A DNA stretch of 32,000 nt, taken from the NCBI GenBank assembly GCA_965224465.1, contig OZ245049.1, positions 3,960,001-3,992,000 on the forward strand, in the 5' to 3' direction. This DNA comes from Flavobacteriaceae bacterium (lineage in GTDB: Bacteria; Bacteroidota; Bacteroidia; Flavobacteriales; Flavobacteriaceae). Under the pieces are notes generated by a model, which saw only the letters and a program-made list of their open reading frames with translations, did no database searches and was not told where the DNA came from. Within the stretch, counting starts at the first letter, position 1; each line of letters begins with the position of its first letter. The translations under genes were made by a program, and so were the position numbers. Positions 1 through 8,970 of the stretch are shown piece by piece.

Positions 1-370
1 TATGGTAATTTTTGTCAATAAGTAATTGTATGGTTGCTTTGATCTCGTCTTTGGGAGCAGTTGCTAAAAAACCGAGCCTTCCTGTGTTGATTCCTAAAAA
101 AGGTATGTTTGTATTTCTAACATATGTGATGGCTCGTAAAATAGTTCCGTCTCCACCAATGGTTAACATTATGTCAAAACTTTCATCTATTTGACTGTGA
201 TGATTGAATGTTTTGTACGCTTTTTTAAGACCTATTTTTTGTTGGATCTCTATGTAAAACTCTTCTTCTATATGTGTTTCTACATTGTGATGTTCCAATT
301 GTTGAAACAATTCTATAATGTATGTTTTTGAAAGTTCAGTAATATGTTGATTGTATAAGGCAATCTTCAT
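1..370 (-). CDS. nadK: NAD kinase, N-terminal ~123 codons (CDS continues past the left window edge)
   Basis: My own reverse-strand translation from ATG (370-368) gives MKIALYNQHITELSK...SFDIMLTIGGDGTILRAITYVRNTNIPFLGINTGRLGFLATAPKDE. It carries the GGDGT and GINTGxLGFL signatures of NAD kinases, and the frame is open to position 1. It is missing from the ORF track because no stop lies in the window. Confidence 0.85.
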   Translation of the reverse strand, partial: MKIALYNQHITELSKTYIIELFQQLEHHNVETHIEEEFYIEIQQKIGLKKAYKTFNHHSQIDESFDIMLTIGGDGTILRAITYVRNTNIPFLGINTGRLGFLATAPKDEIKATIQLLIDKNYH

Positions 371-412
371 GTAGGTTGTAGTTTTATAATTTATTTGTTG
401 CTTTTAGGCGGC

Positions 413-1069
413 CTAAATGCTTAAGTATTTACGTAGGTAATCAGAGCGTTCTTTAAGCGTCTCTAAAAAATAATCGTCTTTGTGTTCTGTGATTACTTTA
501 TAATCATACCTTCTAAATGATTGTATAACTTCGTTTATTTCATCACTGTAAAATTTGACGCCAATTTGGACAATATCGTTCCTGTTTTCGGTGATAAATA
601 CGCCTAGTAATCTTGCTTTAGTACTTTCTACAATTTGTGAAATTTCACTAAAAGAGAAATCTTTAGCAGCTTTTTCTACGATAAGGGTCAATCCTTGCTC
701 GCTTAAAAAAGGGGTGTTGTAACACAATTCTAGAATGTCGTTCAGTTCAAAATATCCTATGTATTGATGCTCTTTGTTCAGTACAGGAAGAATGTTTGTT
801 TCGTTCACTGTAAATTTCTTGAGTAATTCTAATACATCTGTGTTCTCATCTGCAAAAAAGACATCAAATAAATGGGAAGAATCTTTTAATAGGCTATTTG
901 CTTCAATGGCGTGAATGTCACTTTCGGAAATAAGTCCTAATAGTTGGTTTTCAACAACTATAGGGAGATGAGAAATGGGCTGATTTCTGAATACCTGAAT
1001 GGCTACAGCTACCTTGTCCTTTGGAGAAAGCGCCTTTAAATCGGATAATATGTAAGATGTTGTATTCAT
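413..1069 (-). CDS. CBS-domain-containing protein
   Basis: 218-aa ORF with two CBS-like repeats (HLPIVVENQLLGLISESDI; NILPVLNKEHQYIGYFELNDI). It ends 42 bp upstream of nadK on the same strand, so co-transcription is likely. Confidence 0.75.
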   Translation of the reverse strand: MNTTSYILSDLKALSPKDKVAVAIQVFRNQPISHLPIVVENQLLGLISESDIHAIEANSLLKDSSHLFDVFFADENTDVLELLKKFTVNETNILPVLNKEHQYIGYFELNDILELCYNTPFLSEQGLTLIVEKAAKDFSFSEISQIVESTKARLLGVFITENRNDIVQIGVKFYSDEINEVIQSFRRYDYKVITEHKDDYFLETLKERSDYLRKYLSI

Positions 1070-1130
1070 TTGTTGTACTAAATGTAGTGCAAATTAATTA
1101 AAAATAAAACGAATGTTGTACCATTGTTTG

Positions 1131-1138
1131 TAAATTTG
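1131..1138 (+). promoter_or_regulatory. Bacteroidetes-type -7 box TAAATTTG upstream of pdxJ
   Basis: Exact match to the TAnnTTTG consensus, 22 nt before the ATG at 1160. It lies inside the track's TTG-extended ORF, which argues for the 1160 start. Confidence 0.45.
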
Positions 1139-1159
1139 CAAACAATAAAATTTAGAACA

Positions 1160-1888
1160 ATGACAAAGTTAAGTGTAAATGTTAATAAAATTGCGACTTT
1201 ACGTAATTCTAGAGGCGGAGATTTTCCAAATGTAGTAAAAGTTGTCATGGACATAGAATCCTTTGGCGCGCAAGGAATTACTATTCATCCGAGACCAGAC
1301 GAACGTCATATTCGCTATCAAGATGCTTTTGATTTGAAAAAAGTAGTGAAGACCGAGTTTAATATCGAAGGAAATCCTATTCAGAGCTTTATGGATCTAG
1401 TATTGGCAAACAAACCAACTCAGGTTACTTTGGTGCCTGACGCGGTGGATGCGATCACTTCTAATGCAGGTTGGGATACTATAAAAAATGCTGATTTTTT
1501 AAAAGAAGTAATTCAAGAGTTTAAAAATGCAGGAATTAGAACTTCTGTTTTTATTGATACAAACAAGAAATTAATAGAAGGTGCTGCAAAAATTGGAGCA
1601 GATCGTATTGAATTGTATACCGAAGATTTTGCAAGTCAATATGCACTTGGGAATCTAGAGGCAGTAAAAGAATATACCAAAAGTGCTGAATTAGCAACAG
1701 CCTTGGGAATGGGGATAAATGCAGGGCATGACCTAAGTTTGCAAAATATTGAGTTTTTTACAGCCAATGTTCCTCACTTATTAGAGGTTTCTATTGGGCA
1801 TGCTTTAATTGCAGAGTCCTTGTATTTAGGCTTGGAGAATGTGGTAAATATGTATTTGGAAAAATTAAGAAAAGGAAACGCACTTTAA
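1160..1888 (+). CDS. pdxJ: pyridoxine 5'-phosphate synthase
   Basis: MTKLSVNVNKIATLRNSRGG...GITIHPRPDERHI...GHALIAESL is a typical PdxJ sequence. The ATG at 1160 is preferred over the track's TTG at 1124. Confidence 0.9.
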   Translation: MTKLSVNVNKIATLRNSRGGDFPNVVKVVMDIESFGAQGITIHPRPDERHIRYQDAFDLKKVVKTEFNIEGNPIQSFMDLVLANKPTQVTLVPDAVDAITSNAGWDTIKNADFLKEVIQEFKNAGIRTSVFIDTNKKLIEGAAKIGADRIELYTEDFASQYALGNLEAVKEYTKSAELATALGMGINAGHDLSLQNIEFFTANVPHLLEVSIGHALIAESLYLGLENVVNMYLEKLRKGNAL

Positions 1889-1889
1889 A

Positions 1890-2654
1890 ATGATGTTAGT
1901 ACACGCTCGCGTTTTAGGAGAAGGAACACCCTTATTAGTTTTGCATGGTTATTTTGGAATGGGTGATAATTGGAAATCCATCGGTGCCAAACTAAGTGAC
2001 CGATTCCAAGTGCATCTGATTGATCAACGAAATCATGGAAGGAGTTTTCATGCTGATGATTTTGATTATGAAATCTTGGTAGAAGATTTATATGCTTATA
2101 TTTCAGAACATAATCTAGAGAATGTTGTATTGCTAGGACATTCTATGGGAGGGAAAGTGGCAATGCTATTTGCCGTTACTTATCCAGAATTAGTGGCTAA
2201 ATTAATAATTGCGGATATTGCTCCTCGTTTTTATCCAGCACATCATGGTCTTATATTAGAAGCTTTAGGAACTGTTGATTTTTCAATTCAGAAATCTAGA
2301 AAAGAAGTAGAAGAGGTGCTGAGTAAAACTATTACAGAACCTGGTGTGCGTCAGTTTTTGCTGAAAAATGTTTTCTGGAAGGAAAAAGGAAGGTTGGCAT
2401 ATCGTTTTAATTTGGAGAGTTTGACAGCACATACAGATGAAGTTGGTGCTGCATTGCCCAGCTTTACTAATTATGACGGTCCAACATTGTTTTTAAAAGG
2501 AGCGAATTCTAGCTATATATCCGAAGATGACGCGGGATTGATTCATGCGCATTTCCAAAAAGCAGTAATTAAGACAGTAAAAAATGCTGGACATTGGCTA
2601 CATGCAGAAAATCCGACTGACTTTTATGACTATCTGACCGAATTTCTTGATTAG
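1890..2654 (+). CDS. alpha/beta-fold hydrolase (esterase-like)
   Basis: 254 aa with an HG oxyanion motif (LVLHGYFG), a GHSMGG nucleophile elbow and a C-terminal GHWLH histidine. It starts 2 nt after the pdxJ stop. Confidence 0.85.
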   Translation: MMLVHARVLGEGTPLLVLHGYFGMGDNWKSIGAKLSDRFQVHLIDQRNHGRSFHADDFDYEILVEDLYAYISEHNLENVVLLGHSMGGKVAMLFAVTYPELVAKLIIADIAPRFYPAHHGLILEALGTVDFSIQKSRKEVEEVLSKTITEPGVRQFLLKNVFWKEKGRLAYRFNLESLTAHTDEVGAALPSFTNYDGPTLFLKGANSSYISEDDAGLIHAHFQKAVIKTVKNAGHWLHAENPTDFYDYLTEFLD

Positions 2655-2812
2655 GTATTTCTTGGCATGTTTTTGGGATGTTTAAAAATTAACAAGTGAG
2701 TGTCTAAGATAAAAAATGGTTCATATACGAAACCATGAGTCTATGGAAGCCTTTTAAATCAGCTTTTAGGAGCGTTTAGTTAAAGGATGTTACTCATCAT
2801 AAAAAAAGAAGA

Positions 2813-3157
2813 ATGAAAGTTATTTTAAGAATATTATTAACAGCATTGGCAGTGGTTGTTTTAGCCTATTTTCTGCCAGGAGTACATGTGACATCACCGT
2901 CTTCTGCCATTATAGTAGCAGTGGTTTTGGCATTGCTAAGGTTTATAGTAAAACCAATTTTAGTTATATTTACCTTGCCTCTTACCATCATGACTTTAGG
3001 TTTGTTTTTACTCGTTATCAACGCCCTAATAATTATGCTTGCAGATTACTTGGTGTCAGGTTTTGCAGTGACGGGGTTTTGGATTGCCTTGCTGTTTAGT
3101 CTCTTACTCTCTTTTTTCCAATCCATACTCTATTCGTTTTTGAAAGAAACGAAATAA
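2813..3157 (+). CDS. small integral membrane protein, holin-4/DUF360-like
   Basis: 114 aa with four predicted hydrophobic helices. The N-terminus ILLTALAVVVLAYFLPGVHV resembles the family annotated as 'phage holin family protein'. No phage context is present. Confidence 0.7.
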   Translation: MKVILRILLTALAVVVLAYFLPGVHVTSPSSAIIVAVVLALLRFIVKPILVIFTLPLTIMTLGLFLLVINALIIMLADYLVSGFAVTGFWIALLFSLLLSFFQSILYSFLKETK

Positions 3158-3207
3158 AATACTTGAATTTGAATGGTTTAAATATTTGTAAACTAGTAAA
3201 AAAACAC

Positions 3208-3215
3208 TAGTTTTG
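3208..3215 (+). promoter_or_regulatory. -7 box TAGTTTTG upstream of tig
   Basis: Matches TAnnTTTG, 41 nt before the ATG at 3256. It overlaps the 3' arm of an 8-bp hairpin (AAACTAGT/ACTAGTTT, 3190-3213). Confidence 0.4.
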
Positions 3216-3255
3216 CAGCCAATTTTTAATAATTTATAGAAAATAATTATATAGA

Positions 3256-4578
3256 ATGAACATCACAAAAGAAAATATCGATGCGCTAAACGCAGTAGTT
3301 ACAGTTGAAATTAATGCAGATGATTACCAAAGTAAGGTAGATGAAGTTTTAAAAGGCTATCGTAAAAAGGCGGATATCCCTGGATTTAGAAAAGGACAAG
3401 TTCCTATGGGGATGGTGAAAAAGCAGTACGGTAAATCGGTAATGATTGATGAAGTAAATAAATTATTACAAGAATCTTTGAATAATTTCTTAGTAGAAGA
3501 GAAATTAGACATATTGGGGAATCCATTGCCTAAAGTGAAGGAAGACTTTTCTTGGGATGCTGACTCATACTCTTTTGAGTTTGAATTGGGATTGGCACCT
3601 GTTTTTGAAGTAAAGTTAGATGATAAAAAGAAAGTTACTCAATACACTATTATTGCAGATGAGGACTTGATTAATAAAGAAGTTGAGAACCTACAAAAAC
3701 GTTTTGGAAAGTTAGTTTCTAAAGATGTAGTTGGTGAAGGGATGAGCGTTACAGGTACGTTTGTAAATAAAGAAAAAGAAATTGAGAAAAAAGCAACCAT
3801 CGAAGTTGTTGATATCAAAGGAAAAACAAACGTAAAGAAATTTGTAGGTGCTAAAATAGGTGATGTTTTAGTATTGAAAACCAAAGGCTTGTTTTCGGAT
3901 GATCACAAATTAATGAGCGCCTTAGGGATGTCTCATGATGAGATTCATGGATTGGAGATTGATGTAACGTTTACAATCGAAGAGGTAAGCGAAATGGAAT
4001 TGGCAGAAGTGAACCAAGAGTTATTTGACAAAGTTTTTGGTGCAGATGTAATTTCTACAGAAGTTGAATTGAGAGAGAAAATTAAAGAAGATGCTGAAAA
4101 GCAATTTCAAACACAGGGAGATCAACAATTATTAAATGCTATTACTGAGCATTTAGTAGAGAACACCAAGTTTGATTTACCTTCCGTTTTCTTAAAAAAA
4201 TGGTTGACTGTAGCTGGTGAGAATCCAATTTCTGAAGAACAAGCGACTGCCGAATTCGAGAAATCTGAAAAAGGGTTGCGCTACCAATTGATCGAAGGGA
4301 AAATAATGAAGGAACACGACATTAAATTATCTTTCGAGGAGTTAAAAGAGTATACCAAGGAGTTTGTGAAATCTCAAATGGCACAATACGGTCAAATGAA
4401 CCCAGAAGAAAAAGAATTGGACGATATTGCACAACGTGTATTGAGCAATCAAGACGAAGCTAAACGTTTGCAAGAGCAAATGATGAGCCAAAAATTATTG
4501 GACTTCTATAAAGAAAAAATGACTTTCAAAGTAAAAGAACTTACTTATGATGCATTTGTAAAAGAAGTTTACAAATAG
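3256..4578 (+). CDS. tig: trigger factor
   Basis: 440 aa with the ribosome-binding signature GFRKGQVP near the N-terminus and the overall acidic Lys/Glu-rich trigger factor architecture. Confidence 0.92.
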   Translation: MNITKENIDALNAVVTVEINADDYQSKVDEVLKGYRKKADIPGFRKGQVPMGMVKKQYGKSVMIDEVNKLLQESLNNFLVEEKLDILGNPLPKVKEDFSWDADSYSFEFELGLAPVFEVKLDDKKKVTQYTIIADEDLINKEVENLQKRFGKLVSKDVVGEGMSVTGTFVNKEKEIEKKATIEVVDIKGKTNVKKFVGAKIGDVLVLKTKGLFSDDHKLMSALGMSHDEIHGLEIDVTFTIEEVSEMELAEVNQELFDKVFGADVISTEVELREKIKEDAEKQFQTQGDQQLLNAITEHLVENTKFDLPSVFLKKWLTVAGENPISEEQATAEFEKSEKGLRYQLIEGKIMKEHDIKLSFEELKEYTKEFVKSQMAQYGQMNPEEKELDDIAQRVLSNQDEAKRLQEQMMSQKLLDFYKEKMTFKVKELTYDAFVKEVYK

Positions 4579-4601
4579 GTCTGAAATCTGATTATATATA
4601 T

Positions 4602-4631
4602 AAAACGCTCCAAGAAATTGGAGCGTTTTTT
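4602..4631 (+). terminator. intrinsic terminator of tig
   Basis: AAAACGCTCCA-agaaat-TGGAGCGTTTT forms an 11-bp stem, and the T-run extends to 4631. Confidence 0.85.
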
Positions 4632-4787
4632 GTGTTTAGTAGTTATTGATTTTCTTCTTTTAATCGCAAAGTGATAGTCAATTGGATTTAATCCACCAGG
4701 CTGATGTGTCGAAAAAAAGAGGAATGCTATTCAAGACTTCGTGCTCTTGGCTTTTTATGCCTGTTTCAAGTACCATATTCCTAATAC

Positions 4788-4946
4788 TGCCAAACACATT
4801 TCTAAGTGACGGTTTAGAAATGGAATTGTTTTTTGTTTTACCTAGGCGGAAATCCGAAGGATATCCGTAGCTATCGTTCTGTTTTTTAACATCGATAAAA
4901 CGTAAAATATATCATTTATACCGATCATTTTGGGTTGTAATTGGCA
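4788..4946 (+). repeat. MITE-like intergenic repeat, copy A (long form)
   Basis: Aligns over its full length with copies B, D and E. Shared blocks are TGCCAAACACATTTCTAAGTGACGGTTTAGAAATGGAATT, a central hairpin, and ACGTAAAA..CATTTATACCGATCATTTTGGGTTGTAATTGGCA. Confidence 0.85.
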
Positions 4947-4991
4947 TCCTTGTGAACGCTGGGGCTAGCGTTAGAGAAAAGAATCAAGTGT

Positions 4992-5023
4992 AAAAAAAGC
5001 CCTCCAAACCATAAGTTTAGAGG
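4992..5023 (-). terminator. intrinsic terminator of the beta-galactosidase gene
   Basis: On the - strand, CCTCTAAAC-ttatg-GTTTGGAGG (9 bp including one G-U) is followed by GCTTTTTTT. The mismatch is C-A on the + strand, so it folds better in the - sense. Confidence 0.75.
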
Positions 5024-5059
5024 ACTGTTTCTCAAATAAAACAAAATTGTTTTTACAGC

Positions 5060-8000
5060 TTATTTTGCATTACTGTATAATTTACTGAGTTTTATAAATT
5101 GCTCTTTATTTCCTTTATCAAAAGGGATAAGTAAAAAACTATAACGGTGTGTTTTGCTTCCCATGGTTTGATACTTTTTTTGAGGCTTTGAATACCAGCT
5201 ATCATCACCTGCAAGTCCTCGCTGTTTCAAATCTATATTTACCTGCACTAAATCTTGTTCTTTAATATCTATGGTGTGCTTGCTTTTGTTCATAGCAGGG
5301 ATTCCATCAATTCTATAACTGTCATCTATTTTTTCATTCCCATAGTTAAGGTCAGCTGTGGTGTCAAAGTCCTCGTTTGGCATGTGTAAAGCACTAAAAC
5401 AAAAATGTTGGTTTGTTGCTTGTACTACAAGAAGTCCTGATCCATCACTGTTGGAGAGTGCCATCCAGCGGACATCGGTTTTATAGCCGTTTTCTTGTGG
5501 TCGAATATAAGGTACATATTGCTCTTTTACACTGCTGTTGTAAAGTCCCACAAAGGCACTGTGTTTTCTGTCTTGATAGTTCTCCCATGGGCCTCTACCA
5601 AAATAGCTAAGGCTGTTGTATTCTTGTTTCAATTGCAAACGCATTCCTATACGTGGAATGTCTGCTTTGTACGAGGTTTTGTGTAGGGTATTACTTATTT
5701 TAATAACTCCATTTCCGTATATGAGATAGTCAGAATCAAAAGTAGTTTCCACCCCCGGTAATTTGTATGTCACGTGTAATTGTACACTTCCATTGTCCAA
5801 AACCTGATGAGAAACACTGCTAACAGTAGAAAATAAAGAGGCTTTTTTCCATTCTATATTTTTTACCTGCATTTTATTTCCAAAATCATTATCAGTCATT
5901 GCTCTCCAGAAATTTGGTTTTGGTCCTTTTTTATCGTTTAAAAGTTCTTTCCCTTTAATTTTATAAGAGATAATTCTCCCTTGCTTCTTGTCAAAAACAA
6001 CACCTATATTTTTGTTGTAGATGCGAGTTTGAGAACGAACTGTTTTTACTTTTAGATGGTGTTGGTTTGAAATTTCAGTAATTTTCTGACGGTATTTTCT
6101 TGTGAGTGCTATCTGTTCGTGAGCAATTTCAAATCCTTTTTTTAATAAGCCCCAATCCTTTTTAAGTTGTGCGCTTATCGTTACAAAATACTCGGTGTTT
6201 TCTTCAAAATTAATAGCGTTTAAAGGGATTCTAATCAGCTCTCCTGTATGTGTGGTAACACTAATTTCTGGAAGGTTTATTGTTTTTAAGACCTTGCCAT
6301 CTGCTTTAATTTGTGCTGTAAAATTAAATTGATTCAAATTGGTAAAATCATAAAGGTTTTCTAATAATATACGTAGCTCATTATGACGATTGATGCCCTT
6401 TGCTTTAAAGTTGATAAACTCATGAGCCTTTTTTACTTCGTACAATGCAGGTTGTGGTGTTCTGTCAGGAAATACGATTCCATTGTTTAAGAAGGTGTTA
6501 TCCGTTGGCATATTTTTTCCGTAATCACCCCCATAAGCGTAATATCGTTCTCCTTTATCGTTGGTCTTCCAAATAGATTGATCTACCCAATCCCAAATAA
6601 AACCTCCTTGTAGATTGTCATATTTTTCAATTACGTCCCAGTAGTCTTGAAAATTCCCTGTGCTATTCCCCATGGCGTGTGCATATTCACTTGGAATATA
6701 TGGTTTATTGGTAAGGCTTTGTCCTACTTGTTCAAAGGTTCGAGGAGAAGGGTATTGAGGTACAATAATATCTGTGTTCCAGTCCATGTCGTATAAACTG
6801 CCATCTCTATCTTTGTAAGGGCGTTCGTATTGCACAGGACGCTTTGTTTGGTCTATGGCTTTGATTGCCTTGTATCCTGCGTAGAAATTGATACCGTTTC
6901 CTGCTTCGTTCCCCATGGACCAAATGATTACAGAAGGGTGGTTCCTATCTCGTTTTACCATGCGTGTCATTCTGTCCACATGAGATTTTTCCCAGTTGGC
7001 TTTTTTTGCTAAGGAATGGGTGCCGTAATACATTCCGTGTGATTCTATATTTGCCTCGTCCACCACATAGATTCCGTATTGATCACATAACTCATAAAAA
7101 CGATGCCCTCTAGGGTAATGGCTCAATCGGACTGCATTTATATTATTTTCTTTCCATAGTTGAATGTCTTTTAAAATAAGTGCTTCACTCATTACATGCC
7201 CCGTTTCTGGGTCTGCCTCTTGGGTGTTTACTCCTTTTAATGTAATGCGTTGCCCGTTTACTAGGAGTAGACCTTGTTTGATCTCTACAGATCTAAAACC
7301 AATCTGACGTTCTATAATCTCTAAGAGTTTACCTCTTTTAGTATGTGTTTCTATTCTTAAGGTATATAAATTAGGGTGTTCTGCACTCCATGGCGCTACC
7401 GCTTTTAGTACTGAATTAAAAGAAAATGTTTGACGTTTCCCAGCGCTGCATTCTAAATCTTGTGTTCCTTTGGCAAGGGAAGTTCCATTTTTAAGTATTG
7501 CATAAGATACTTTTATTTTTTCAGCCTTGGAATTGTGGTTTTCTAGGCGGATGTCTAGCTTAAATATTCCGTCCTCATATCCTTTGTCTAAGCGGGATAA
7601 GACTTCAAAATCTTGGATGCGTGTTTTTGGTTGAGCGTATATAAATACATCACGTTCGATACCGCTAATTCTCCAGAAATCTTGACATTCTAAATAGCTT
7701 CCATCTGTCCATCTGAAAATCTGAATGGCTAGGGTGTTTTTTCCTTTTTTAGCAGCGTGGGTAATATTGAATTCACTCGGTAATTTACTGCCTTGTGAAT
7801 AGCCTATATATTGACCGTTTAACCATACAAATCCACCCGATTTCATGGCGCCAATATGTAAGAAAATCTCTTTTTTGTTCCATTTTTTGTCGATATTAAA
7901 ATCGCGACGATACGATCCTACAGGGTTGTATTGGTGTGGGACGTGTCCTGGATACTTAGGGTAAATTCCATCCAATTCCATGTCCGAAGCAATCGGAGCT

Positions 8001-8380
8001 TTATAATCGGAAAACTCATATTGATGATTTACATAGATAGGAACACCGTAGCCTTCTATTTCCCAGTTTGAAGGAACTTTAATAGTATTCCAAGAGGAAA
8101 GGTCCTCACTCGGGTTCATGAAAGTTAAAGGTCTATCTTTAGGGTTTTTTACCCAATTGAATTTCCAAAGACCATTCAATGATTTTTTGACTTGTGAATG
8201 CGTGTTTTTTATGTTTTTTTTAGAAGAAAACGAAGTGAAACTGGCATGTGCATCTTCTTTGTTTTCGGATATTACTTGCTCATTTTCAATATAATGCCAA
8301 ATGGAATTTGGAAGTTTGTTTTGCGAAAACCCAATCGCAGTAATAAATGATAATAAGAGTGAGGCTGTCAAGTTCTTCAT
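5060..8380 (-). CDS. lacZ: secreted glycoside hydrolase family 2 beta-galactosidase
   Basis: 1106 aa with an N-terminal signal peptide (MKNLTASLLLSFITAIGFSQ). WSMGNEAGNG matches the LacZ acid/base Glu region and PSEYAHAMGNS matches the nucleophile Glu region. Confidence 0.92.
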   Translation of the reverse strand: MKNLTASLLLSFITAIGFSQNKLPNSIWHYIENEQVISENKEDAHASFTSFSSKKNIKNTHSQVKKSLNGLWKFNWVKNPKDRPLTFMNPSEDLSSWNTIKVPSNWEIEGYGVPIYVNHQYEFSDYKAPIASDMELDGIYPKYPGHVPHQYNPVGSYRRDFNIDKKWNKKEIFLHIGAMKSGGFVWLNGQYIGYSQGSKLPSEFNITHAAKKGKNTLAIQIFRWTDGSYLECQDFWRISGIERDVFIYAQPKTRIQDFEVLSRLDKGYEDGIFKLDIRLENHNSKAEKIKVSYAILKNGTSLAKGTQDLECSAGKRQTFSFNSVLKAVAPWSAEHPNLYTLRIETHTKRGKLLEIIERQIGFRSVEIKQGLLLVNGQRITLKGVNTQEADPETGHVMSEALILKDIQLWKENNINAVRLSHYPRGHRFYELCDQYGIYVVDEANIESHGMYYGTHSLAKKANWEKSHVDRMTRMVKRDRNHPSVIIWSMGNEAGNGINFYAGYKAIKAIDQTKRPVQYERPYKDRDGSLYDMDWNTDIIVPQYPSPRTFEQVGQSLTNKPYIPSEYAHAMGNSTGNFQDYWDVIEKYDNLQGGFIWDWVDQSIWKTNDKGERYYAYGGDYGKNMPTDNTFLNNGIVFPDRTPQPALYEVKKAHEFINFKAKGINRHNELRILLENLYDFTNLNQFNFTAQIKADGKVLKTINLPEISVTTHTGELIRIPLNAINFEENTEYFVTISAQLKKDWGLLKKGFEIAHEQIALTRKYRQKITEISNQHHLKVKTVRSQTRIYNKNIGVVFDKKQGRIISYKIKGKELLNDKKGPKPNFWRAMTDNDFGNKMQVKNIEWKKASLFSTVSSVSHQVLDNGSVQLHVTYKLPGVETTFDSDYLIYGNGVIKISNTLHKTSYKADIPRIGMRLQLKQEYNSLSYFGRGPWENYQDRKHSAFVGLYNSSVKEQYVPYIRPQENGYKTDVRWMALSNSDGSGLLVVQATNQHFCFSALHMPNEDFDTTADLNYGNEKIDDSYRIDGIPAMNKSKHTIDIKEQDLVQVNIDLKQRGLAGDDSWYSKPQKKYQTMGSKTHRYSFLLIPFDKGNKEQFIKLSKLYSNAK

Positions 8381-8753
8381 AAAATAGTTTCTAAAAAATT
8401 GTTCTTTAGCAAGTTAATATAATTATGATGTTTAGGATTCAAGACGGATCAAAGTAAGTAAATATATCTACGAATACGTTTTCGTAAAATTCGTATATCA
8501 ATTATTGATTCTCAATTGAAAGTAATGTGTTGCTTTTTTTGATTATTATAAACTTCTTATTATTTATTTAAACGTATTTTTTACATTTATAGCACTTGTT
8601 TTTTGTTTAAAACGTCAATAATTTGTTTTAAGAGTAAAAAGAACATCCATATAGTGGATTAAGGTTAAGTGCCATGGATTTGAATTTAAGCTGTCCAGAT
8701 TGTTTCTTTTAACGGAAGGGACTTTAAATATTGTTTTGAAAACAGATGTTTTA

Positions 8754-8912
8754 TACCCACTACATTTCCAAGTGACGGTTTAGAAATGGAATTATTTTTT
8801 GTTTTAGCTAGGCGAAACATTTTTGGATAGCCTTAGCTATCGTTCTGTTTTTCAACAACGATAAAACGTAAAATAAACTATTTATATCGGTTCTTTTGGA
8901 TTGTAGTTGGTA
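8754..8912 (+). repeat. MITE-like intergenic repeat, copy B (long form, archetype)
   Basis: Runs from TACCCACTACATTTCCAAGTGACGGTTTAGAAATGGAATT to TTTGGATTGTAGTTGGTA. It has a central 8-bp hairpin (8806-8838) and is flanked by TTA on both sides. Confidence 0.85.
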
Positions 8913-8970
8913 TTAGTAGGTTTGTTTTTGGTCTTCATAAATACAGGGTTTTTTGGAGTGTAAAGTCCAT

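Noticed and set aside
1124-1159. Track-extended N-termini: pdxJ from TTG 1124, the lipoprotein from 26974 and the esterase from GTG 27937.
   Set aside because: Downstream ATGs (1160, 27028, 27967) give canonical N-termini or signal peptides. For pdxJ, a -7 promoter box lies inside the extension.
2813-3157. Holin-family gene as a sign of a prophage or lysis cassette
   Set aside because: No endolysin, spanin, integrase, capsid or tail genes are nearby. It sits between housekeeping genes, and this family is common as a stand-alone membrane protein.
4682-4870. 62-aa + strand ORF. More generally, a conserved-looking mini-ORF (MELFFVLARR..., 14-16 aa) sits inside repeat copies A, B, D and E.
   Set aside because: The ORF is simply the translation of repeat copy A and its flank. 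The frame stays open in the other long copies only because they have no indels in that stretch. The short copy C truncates it to MELFFV. There is no independent coding signal.
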